Below, piece after piece: positions 17,777 to 24,794 of a DNA stretch of 24,794 nt. A model generated the notes under the pieces. It searched no databases, was not told where the DNA came from, and saw only the letters and a program-made list of their open reading frames with translations. The number at the start of each line of letters is the position of its first letter. Position 1 is the first letter of the stretch. Origin of the DNA: Bdellovibrionales bacterium (lineage in GTDB: Bacteria; Bdellovibrionota; Bdellovibrionia; Bdellovibrionales; JAMPXM01); NCBI GenBank assembly GCA_043739185.1, contig JAYUEN010000001.1:1-24794 (forward strand). The letters are read 5' to 3'. Made by a program: the position numbers and the translations under genes.

Positions 17777-18859
17777 TTATTTAAATAAATATTCACATGA
17801 TGCCGGAGCCGGATTTCGCATATTTAAGAGAGCTTGCCTTGCTTCGTTTTCGACTTTTCTAAAAGATTTTGCCAAATTAAATTTAAAGGTCTTACCCAAA
17901 GATTGAATATGGCTATCAACTTTATAGTGCAAAGTGATAATCTCATCTGCCATTATCCGATAGTTCATTATCTTTGTAACTAAAACCAAATTTTTCGCAA
18001 AGCCTGTATCGTATCTGCCGTTCTCAATGCGAGCCTTATCCATTTGTTCAAGAGCTTTGAGAACTTTAAACTTGATGCTTGAGCTTAAATCAAAAGCTTC
18101 TTGAAGTTCTTCAGAACTCATTTTTTCAAGATTCAAATGGTTAAATAAGTTATCGAGGTCAAACATTTCGTCTGGTGAAAATTCGTCAACATTTTCGTTG
18201 ATCTTTCGAAGTACCCATTTCAGTGACAAGATCAATTCACGAGGTGTTGATTGAGGTTGCTTCAGAAGACGGTTCTCTAAGAAAAATCGAAGCATTTCAC
18301 GACGCACCGGCTGACAGCCTTTACAATGTATTGAAATTGCCGGGTAATGATCCAACACCGGATCTACTGGTTCAGAAGAACTCTTACGCAAAAATTCTAG
18401 CTGAGTCGGTGTAGCCAAATCAACTTTCCAAAATGCATTTTGGGAAGCACGATTGAGCTTTTCGATCAATCCGGCAATCATCTCCTTATGAAACTCAGTG
18501 CCACTCATAACTAAATGCGCGATCCTTGCATTTCGATAAAGGCTCTGTGGAGCTTCGACATAAGGATTAAAGCTATGCATGAGGATCTCAACTGAGTGCC
18601 CTTCGAGCCAAATTTCAAAACCGTAGTCTTTAGCAAATCTAGAAATTTCTTGTAAGCTATCATCTTGCAGCACAAAAAGGTTCAAGCGACTCATCAGTAA
18701 CTGTACATCGCCCTCAGTCACTTCGGTCTGCTGTTGAGGATTTTGAAAAGGTCCTTCACTTGCAGCAAATGAAGGCGATACTGCGAACGAACTCAAAAGA
18801 ATGCAAATCGAAGAAATAAAGTTTCGTTTTGCTTTAGCAAGATCATTCAATTCAAACAT
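17777..18859 (-). CDS. Secreted hypothetical protein (360 aa) ending in SCEYLFK
   Basis: RBS AAGGA, signal peptide KRNFISSICILLSSFAVSPSFA; helical C-terminal half; no confident family. Confidence 0.8.
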   Translation of the reverse strand: MFELNDLAKAKRNFISSICILLSSFAVSPSFAASEGPFQNPQQQTEVTEGDVQLLMSRLNLFVLQDDSLQEISRFAKDYGFEIWLEGHSVEILMHSFNPYVEAPQSLYRNARIAHLVMSGTEFHKEMIAGLIEKLNRASQNAFWKVDLATPTQLEFLRKSSSEPVDPVLDHYPAISIHCKGCQPVRREMLRFFLENRLLKQPQSTPRELILSLKWVLRKINENVDEFSPDEMFDLDNLFNHLNLEKMSSEELQEAFDLSSSIKFKVLKALEQMDKARIENGRYDTGFAKNLVLVTKIMNYRIMADEIITLHYKVDSHIQSLGKTFKFNLAKSFRKVENEARQALLNMRNPAPASCEYLFK

Positions 18860-18919
18860 TATTATCCTTACTTTTTGTTTGAGTAATCTAAGTAGCAGTA
18901 CTTTATGAATGATTAATAG

Positions 18920-18935
18920 AGCAAGGAAGGCACCC
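18920..18935 (-). promoter_or_regulatory. Putative sigma-54 promoter for 17777-18859
   Basis: Minus strand GGGTGCCTTCCTTGCT = GG-N10-GC with TTGCT, about 60 nt upstream of the ATG. Confidence 0.5.
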
Positions 18936-19119
18936 TGGTATTGAGAGCCCGGCTAAGGTTTTATTGATTCTGAACCCATCACATATGTCTATATATTGAT
19001 CGATGACAATGCACGCACGGGCCCCAGAAAATGGCGTTGTTGAAAAGTGTTTCAGCTGTTTGATCTCAGGGTCGCACCCCAAGTTTTAAGGGACAGATTG
19101 GAAACGGTGCCTCGACGGT

Positions 19120-19578
19120 TCAGGACGCGACAATGGCCAGCGCCCTCACTAATACTGTCGCCGCCCAAACTCCCTGAGCCAGAAACGATAAAGTCCGGAT
19201 CCAGTTCGTGGTATTGAGAAGGGCGATCCTCGCCGCGTCTTTACCTACGCTTTCCATCTCGGACTGGAGCCGCCGCTGCCACTTAAATGTTGAAAAGAGA
19301 GAAATGAGGTTCAGCACTAGAAATAGGACCGCTTCACTCGTCCCGAGAAACGTGGGGTGCAGTGGAACCTGGAGGATTGAAACGACTAACAAAATCATCC
19401 CGGGAATTACAGCCGGCACGGTGGCCGCACGGTTATTCGCAGCAATATACTCGCGAAAGCCTTCAGAGCCAACGTATCGATAGATACCGTAATGCTGGAT
19501 CTGAAGCGTCAACATGACGCCAGAATTGTAACAGGATAGAAAGACAAAAACCGCGAAAATCAGAAGCGAAATCATCAT
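19120..19578 (-). CDS. Four-helix membrane protein (DUF1772/anthrone oxygenase-like)
   Basis: ATG19578 just after the upstream stop; LTLQIQHY.IY.YVG.EGF.EY, LLNTTNWIRT; hydrophobic helices. Confidence 0.65.
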   Translation of the reverse strand: MMISLLIFAVFVFLSCYNSGVMLTLQIQHYGIYRYVGSEGFREYIAANNRAATVPAVIPGMILLVVSILQVPLHPTFLGTSEAVLFLVLNLISLFSTFKWQRRLQSEMESVGKDAARIALLNTTNWIRTLSFLAQGVWAATVLVRALAIVAS

Positions 19579-19582
19579 AGTA

Positions 19583-20206
19583 TTAGTACCCAATAAAAGG
19601 AGATTTTCGGATCCATTCCGAATTTTGAAGTTGAGCGATCATGAAATCCGCCAGATCCTCCCGTGTCATCTCAAGCTTAAGATTCTTAACGGTGAATTGA
19701 GCTTTTATACCGCCGCGGGCAGGGTGATTCAAGAGCCGCCCAGGCCGTACGTTCACGAATTCCAGACTGCTGGCGAAAAGAATGCGTTCGCCGCGCTCCT
19801 TGTCAGCATACATGCGACCCAGAAATAGAGGGACGAAGACGTAGCGAAGGATACCGGGCATCTCGTTCAACGAATCACCGACGCCTGCCGCCGAAAGATT
19901 GATCAGTCTCCGCACGCCCGCAGTCCTCATCGCGGCCTCCAGATTTCGCATCATCGATTCCTGAATATCATCCTTCTTCAGAGATCGCGGCCCGAAAACT
20001 GAAATCACTGAATCAACTCCGGCCACTGCGCGCCCAAACGAAGCGGCGTCCCGCGCGTCGCCTTTGACCACGTGAATCCTCGAGTCTATCTCGGCGACGT
20101 CTTTTGGATTTCGAGCGAAGGCCACGACTTCGTGCCCAAGGAGTGGAAGCTTCCGCAGGAGAATTCTACCAGTCTGGCCTGTCGCTCCAATTAAAAGTAT
20201 TTTCAT
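19583..20206 (-). CDS. NAD(P)H-binding oxidoreductase (flavin/biliverdin reductase B-like)
   Basis: MKILLIGATGQTG, GHEVVAFARNP, KGDARD, YADKERGE, VNVRPGRL, TREDLADFM. Confidence 0.92.
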   Translation of the reverse strand: MKILLIGATGQTGRILLRKLPLLGHEVVAFARNPKDVAEIDSRIHVVKGDARDAASFGRAVAGVDSVISVFGPRSLKKDDIQESMMRNLEAAMRTAGVRRLINLSAAGVGDSLNEMPGILRYVFVPLFLGRMYADKERGERILFASSLEFVNVRPGRLLNHPARGGIKAQFTVKNLKLEMTREDLADFMIAQLQNSEWIRKSPFIGY

Positions 20207-20524
20207 TTTCCGAGGTTAACACGACTCAGGGACGCCGTATAGCAGGTTCGCTCTCTACGGTCTCCGACTCTCAAAATTTGTCTCGTAAACATACTGGACC
20301 GCAGAAACTGAATACTCATCAGTTTTTTCAAAATCATAGTGAATATTAATTCCGTAATGAAAAATCCACCTTTGTATCGCAGTGACGATTTGACATCAAA
20401 GTCACAAAACGTGAAGAAGAAATATTGTATGTGTCGCGTCTTTAAAAGGTCTCAATGGTCAAAAAATTTAAGGCATGTTAGGTTCCTAAGGCATTTTTTA
20501 GATCATTTACCAAAGGAAATAATT

Positions 20525-21055
20525 ATGAAATATATTTATGTTATTGCACTTGGCCTACTAAGTTTTTCTATGGCACAAGCACAGTCCGACGCGAAATTAG
20601 ATTTGGATAGGGGCACGGTAAGAACCTGCGATTCTGATTCGGGTGACCTTGGCGAAACTGCTTTCAGAGCCATCATTAAAAGAAGTTCGGATCTTAAGGG
20701 TGGCTTATTGCTTAAAATTAAAACCCAGTTCGTCCAATGTGCACTTTTGGCAAATGGCGAAAAAGCCTGGATGCCTCAAACAAGCTTGTCCACCCAAATT
20801 GGCAACCTCGTTTACAATTTTGAAAACTTTCGATTGATCGTTTCAGGAGACCGCGGACAACTGATCTCCCAAACGAACTTGTCTCTAAATGACGAGCAAA
20901 GCATTCGAATCTCAGCACAACAATTGATCAAAATTGGGCATGATTCTTTAATCGAAGTTGGCGCCTCCGCATTCAGGCACAGCATCTACAACGGAGAGGA
21001 AATTGATCAAGAAATGATCTTCTTTGGATCATATTTAGTTCAGCAGTTGTTTTAA
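20525..21055 (+). CDS. Secreted hypothetical protein (176 aa)
   Basis: Start moved to ATG20525 (RBS AAGGA); signal peptide MKYIYVIALGLLSFSMAQA; two Cys, beta-rich. Confidence 0.8.
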   Translation: MKYIYVIALGLLSFSMAQAQSDAKLDLDRGTVRTCDSDSGDLGETAFRAIIKRSSDLKGGLLLKIKTQFVQCALLANGEKAWMPQTSLSTQIGNLVYNFENFRLIVSGDRGQLISQTNLSLNDEQSIRISAQQLIKIGHDSLIEVGASAFRHSIYNGEEIDQEMIFFGSYLVQQLF

Positions 21056-21115
21056 TAAATAGGCCGAAATGAAAACGTAACTGATCTGGCTTGATAGTTT
21101 TCTGAGTTAGAAATT

Positions 21116-21773
21116 TTACTCAGTATAACGTGTAAGATTCGAAATATTTTTATTAAGAATCAAAGGCTTTGTTTTTCTAATTTCAGAAATTATATCTCGA
21201 ATTACGCTCATTAGTTTTGTACCATCTGCATTCAATTTATTGCGATCATCACTGAGAAATTTAAGGTCGATTTTCTTTGAATCACCAATCTGCAATTTGA
21301 TCTGAATGATAGTTTGATCCGGCAAAGCTGTTCGCTCCATTGGCTCTATCAAATTCGAGGTTTTTACTGTATTGAATTCGTCCTGAATGAGCTTCCTTTT
21401 TTCACTATCTAAAAGCACCAATAAACCTTTGTCCTTCAATTAATTCAATTGGGATAACTCAAAAGAACAAATGAGCGGCGATGAAATATGTCGTTGCTCT
21501 CGAAAGCATTTGAATGCCTTCACTTCAGTCAATCCATTATTTCAATACAGCATGGGTGGCCTCTTGCGCTGATTCATGATCAATCCAAATTGAAATGGCG
21601 GAGTCGTCTTTTTTAAAATAATGAGCAGAAAAAAGAGTGTGCTTTCCATTCTGGTCGAATCCAGGTCCACCCCAATGGTAACCCGAAAAACGCTCTTCGT
21701 TATTTTTGGCATTTGCAAAAAAAACCATCGAAATCATTAGCCCCGCTAAAATTAATAATCTTAAGTTAATCAT
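21116..21773 (-). pseudogene. Disrupted secreted protein gene (one frameshift and one nonsense codon)
   Basis: Signal-peptide ORF 21773-21537; from about 21541 a second frame reads NNGLTEVKAFKCFREQRHISSPLICSFELSQLN*LKDKGLL, continuous with ORF 21439-21116 across a single TAA (21442-21440). Confidence 0.7.
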
Positions 21774-22036
21774 TGTATCGGATTTTACGTACCTTCTTCA
21801 ATCAGGTCAGTGAATATATGACTGCCTAAGGGTGATTTTTCAAGCTTTAGAACTATAGTCCGCACATGATCGATCCATTTCACATATTTTAGCCTGATCT
21901 CAAGGTCTTGCCAAGATATGCTGCCGAGTCACCAAGCCAAGGCTCTCGGGCTTGAAATACACAGTCCCCGTTTGACCTTTTAGCTGGAGCTCTACTTTAA
22001 AGATATGCGAAGCATAGCTTGGGGATAAAATCATGA

Positions 22037-22168
22037 TTAACTGATCTTAGTTTGGGGTCTGAGTGAGATCATTTCGACTGTATTTTGTAAACCTTCGGTT
22101 ATGCCATTGGTTTTTGAGAACCTAAACATGCGCGCGATTTCTTCATTCAAGTTTTCAAGGGTGTTACC
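22037..22168 (-). mobile_element. ISL3-family transposase C-terminal remnant
   Basis: Manual translation GNTLENLNEEIARMFRFSKTNGITEGLQNTVEMISLR matches the ISL3 motif TL..W.EEI..MWRF.K.NGITEG.H.KME.ISRRA. Confidence 0.8.
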
Positions 22169-22361
22169 CGGCTCATTTTGAGGCGAAAAATCCCGGCTAT
22201 TCAGATACCGAATAGGATTTAGACATAATGGCTTAAATCAATCGAAAACCACAAATACTTCAAATTGCTTTTAATACTTAAAGAAGATGGAAAAATTCTC
22301 AAAAGCGAACGACAGCTAAAATAGACATTCTTAGTTTAATACGCTTCTAGCGTTTAGATCT

Positions 22362-22377
22362 TGGCATTTCGAATGCA
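22362..22377 (+). promoter_or_regulatory. Putative sigma-54 promoter for 22433-22642
   Basis: TGGCATTTCGAATGCA = GG-N10-GC, about 55 nt upstream of an ATG with RBS GAGGGGGA. Confidence 0.6.
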
Positions 22378-22432
22378 ATAATTAAATTCATCTTATGAAT
22401 CAAGAAATTTTTAAATCCTGAGGGGGATCAAT

Positions 22433-22642
22433 ATGAGACAAATTGAGCTAAAAATATTTGTAATGGGGTTAGTGGTAATGGCCACATCGATCATGGCTCA
22501 AGCACAAACACAAGTCTTCTATAGTCCATCCCAAAATGCTGCTTTATTAGGTAATCTTAGGGCCGTGAATACACAACTAAGTGCAGCCAAAGCAGCAGGA
22601 GATACTAGAGCTGCGGCAGATTTATGGAACTTCAATGCTTGA
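22433..22642 (+). CDS. Short secreted protein, possibly truncated
   Basis: Strong RBS, signal peptide ending AQA, about 45-aa mature part. Confidence 0.6.
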   Translation: MRQIELKIFVMGLVVMATSIMAQAQTQVFYSPSQNAALLGNLRAVNTQLSAAKAAGDTRAAADLWNFNA

Positions 22643-22675
22643 CGTAATGACAGAGAATCTTCCAGCGAATTAGGC

Positions 22676-23389
22676 TTACTTTTTTTTCATAACTTTAAAC
22701 TCGATCGGAATCTGTGTAGGCATGGTACCTCCATCTGGATCCGTTCTTGTAAAGGTAAAAATCCAATTCTTCCACTCAAGGCTGAGTGGCTTGTCGAGAG
22801 GGGCAGGAACGTTGAGTCGATAACTCTCGCTTCCCATTATAACTTTAATGATGCAGCTCGAAGTAGTGCCGGATCGCTTTTCGGTATCCATCGTATGAGC
22901 GTTGACGTATCCTTCGTGCACAATCAAAAGATTTTCGGGACCTTGAATCTCATCCCCAGCTTTCAATGTGTTCGAAATTTCGCCAACGGCAAGTATCTTA
23001 AGGGGAATGTTTTCGATTTTAATTTGCACCTTGTAGCCGCTTACGTCAGGCTCAATCGAAACAAATGTGAAGCGGTGGCGGCCGACCTCGGTCGTTTGCT
23101 GGAGGCTGGTTTTTGTAATGTTAAAATGAATCATTTTGGAGCCATTTGGGCTCATTATTTTCAACAAAATTTCCACTTCGGTCGGCAACTTGATTGCGAC
23201 TACTTTTCCACCCGGGGCTCGTTCGTAATCAATACCTTGAACCGGAAGCAGCATAAGCTCAAAACCTTTTTCAAACTCAACAATAGAACCTTGTTTGAGA
23301 AACTTGGTGTTCGACATTTTTGTCTCCTGTTTCGAGAAGGCATATGAAGGGAGTAGCAGCAGCATGAGAAAGAAGATAGGCTTTATCAT
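22676..23389 (-). CDS. Secreted hypothetical protein (237 aa, beta-rich)
   Basis: Signal peptide MIKPIFFLMLLLLPSYAFS; long ORF. Confidence 0.78.
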   Translation of the reverse strand: MIKPIFFLMLLLLPSYAFSKQETKMSNTKFLKQGSIVEFEKGFELMLLPVQGIDYERAPGGKVVAIKLPTEVEILLKIMSPNGSKMIHFNITKTSLQQTTEVGRHRFTFVSIEPDVSGYKVQIKIENIPLKILAVGEISNTLKAGDEIQGPENLLIVHEGYVNAHTMDTEKRSGTTSSCIIKVIMGSESYRLNVPAPLDKPLSLEWKNWIFTFTRTDPDGGTMPTQIPIEFKVMKKK

Positions 23390-23445
23390 TTTAAGCTTTC
23401 ATTAGAGTCAATTTTTCTCGATTGTCGATATGAAATGTCGCCTCG

Positions 23446-23709
23446 TCACCAAATAAATCTACGGGCAGCAGTTTTTTTAGCAATTTCCAAATCTTTTATT
23501 CGGCAACAATCGCGATACTTTTTTTTGCTTCCACATGGGCAAGGACCAAGCTTAGCTGGCGAGGGCTTGTCCGGATTCGGATTTTCACCGTTCTCGCCTG
23601 CAACTTGTGGGTACTTGTTTTCAAATTCATCGGGACTCAGATCCTTGCGATCTTTTTCTAACTCAAGCAAGGAGTTTTTCCGGCTATTGTTTTGTTGGCG
23701 TTTTTTCAC
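23446..23709 (-). CDS. Small SEC-C zinc-binding motif protein
   Basis: GPCPCGSKKKYRDCC matches SEC-C CPCGSGKKYKxCC. Confidence 0.78.
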   Translation of the reverse strand: MKKRQQNNSRKNSLLELEKDRKDLSPDEFENKYPQVAGENGENPNPDKPSPAKLGPCPCGSKKKYRDCCRIKDLEIAKKTAARRFIW

Positions 23710-23802
23710 TTTTCGATCTCTATCTCGCTTTCAAGGTCAAGTTTTACAAGCTGGATTTGCCAACGGCGTGCGGAACCAAGCCACTTATTTTGAGCTCTGA
23801 TT

Positions 23803-24348
23803 TTATTTTTTCTTTTTATCCTTGCCTGCTATTAACTTTTCTACTTCTAGCCTGGCTTCAACGCTCTCTTCGGCCGAAAGGATAAAAACGCCGGGATATT
23901 TTTTGTACGGCTGCAGAAAAAGTATTCGAGCATCCCCTGAGCTCAACTTGTGTTTAGGACTGTACCGGCTAACTATAGGAGATTCGATCTGGTTTTTCTC
24001 ATGATACTCTCGCACCGATTCTTCTCCATAGGCCGGAGCCTTCCAAACTTTGACGGGGCCTTTTTTAATCAAGTCTGACTTAAGAACTTCGGTAACCTCA
24101 TAGATCTCAACCATCTCCGTGTAAACCGTTTCTTTTTGCTTAGAATAATGGGTTTCTTTAGGGAAAATAATCTTTTTAAAGATTTCGATTTTTGGTTTTG
24201 CGGCCGAAACCATGACCACGTGGGGAGAATATTCGAGAATTGCGTCTAGGCCTTCTCCAGAATCCATTTCAAAAACCTGCGACACAAGGGCCTCCTGAGA
24301 GAAATGAAGGATAATTACTGATATTAGAAATGCTATAATCGGTTTCAT
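23803..24348 (-). CDS. Secreted hypothetical protein (181 aa)
   Basis: RBS AGGA, N-terminal hydrophobic signal, YEVTEVLK...RILFL pattern suggestive of an OB/TIMP-like fold (inference). Confidence 0.75.
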   Translation of the reverse strand: MKPIIAFLISVIILHFSQEALVSQVFEMDSGEGLDAILEYSPHVVMVSAAKPKIEIFKKIIFPKETHYSKQKETVYTEMVEIYEVTEVLKSDLIKKGPVKVWKAPAYGEESVREYHEKNQIESPIVSRYSPKHKLSSGDARILFLQPYKKYPGVFILSAEESVEARLEVEKLIAGKDKKKK

Positions 24349-24583
24349 AAATATTTCCTAACTCACTATTCTAAGTGCATAATCTTAATTTATCTAGTTC
24401 TTCTGTTTGAATTGTCTTATTCTTGGCCTCAGACCTGCTCGTTTTTGCATTGGTCAAATTAGCGTCGAGCAAAATCTTATACTGCGCCCAAAGAGCAAAA
24501 GAACCATTCAAAATAACCCCCATTCCGAGGGCTGAACCATTACCAAAATTTCTTAAAGACGGGTGTTCGAACACCTTGAGAAA

Positions 24584-24727
24584 GAGTGGAGGCGGGGGGA
24601 GTCATCTCGCACTTCGTGTGCTCGACCCTTCGGGCTCTTACTGCGTAAGAGTGTAAAAAGGCCGTCGTGGCCTTTTTATCGAACTCCGTCAGTGCTTCGC
24701 AACTTTGAGTTCGATTTCCACCGACTC
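24584..24727 (-). repeat. Multi-hairpin element carrying a tmRNA/tRNA-like 3' end fragment (tRNA-linked-repeat type)
   Basis: Minus strand of 24586-24603 = GACTCCCCCCGCCTCCAC; five consecutive hairpins between 24609 and 24715. Confidence 0.65.
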
Positions 24728-24728
24728 A

Positions 24729-24791
24729 AATTTTTTAAAAGAGAATTTTCGCAAGCCCGTTTGGCCTGAGAAAATTCTCTTTTAAAAAATT
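24729..24791. terminator. Perfect 22-bp inverted repeat, probable intrinsic terminator
   Basis: AATTTTTTAAAAGAGAATTTTC (24729-24750) and GAAAATTCTCTTTTAAAAAATT (24770-24791) around a GC-rich imperfect inner stem. Confidence 0.7.
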
Positions 24792-24794
24792 GGA

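Noticed and set aside
17589..17906. 105-aa plus-strand ORF
   Set aside because: Starts inside the hairpin element and runs antisense into a better-supported gene; no motifs.
20339..20524. N-terminal extension of the secreted protein in the ORF track
   Set aside because: RBS and signal peptide place the start at 20525; the extension covers promoter-like sequence.
22895..23885. Plus-strand ORFs 22895-23347, 23435-23800 and 23607-23885
   Set aside because: Antisense shadows of minus-strand genes that have signal peptides or a SEC-C motif.
24584..24727. Complete tRNA or tmRNA gene
   Set aside because: Only an 18-nt 3'-end-like fragment is present; no D-arm, anticodon arm or tag ORF is recognisable.
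24371..24769. ORFs 24371-24574, 24423-24656 and 24563-24769
   Set aside because: No motifs or RBS; they overlap the palindrome and structured element. 24371-24574 might be a remnant but is unsupported.

Overview
AT-rich (roughly 40% GC by eye) bacterial accessory region. Gene style (many orphan signal-peptide proteins, sigma-54-type promoters, a Cys-rich PT-linker adhesin) suggests a Bdellovibrionota/Oligoflexia-like organism, which is inference only. The window opens inside a (CCAACA)n Pro-Thr repeat of a surface protein. It continues through a decayed and an intact orphan histidine kinase, then a dense, mostly minus-strand block of small detoxification/stress genes (3 VOC, 2 SRPBCC, GST, DoxX, YCII, OsmC, ABM, MBL hydrolase, EamA, PqiA-like, methyltransferase, XRE-cupin regulator). 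The last part holds orphan secreted proteins, pseudogenes, an ISL3 remnant and a high-GC two-gene insert. Most notable non-coding signals: two multi-hairpin elements (about 17504-17632 and 24584-24794), each anchored on a minus-strand copy of a tRNA/tmRNA-like 3' end, and four GG-N10-GC sigma-54 sites sitting in front of orphan signal-peptide ORFs, two of which share a terminal C-E-x-x-F motif.
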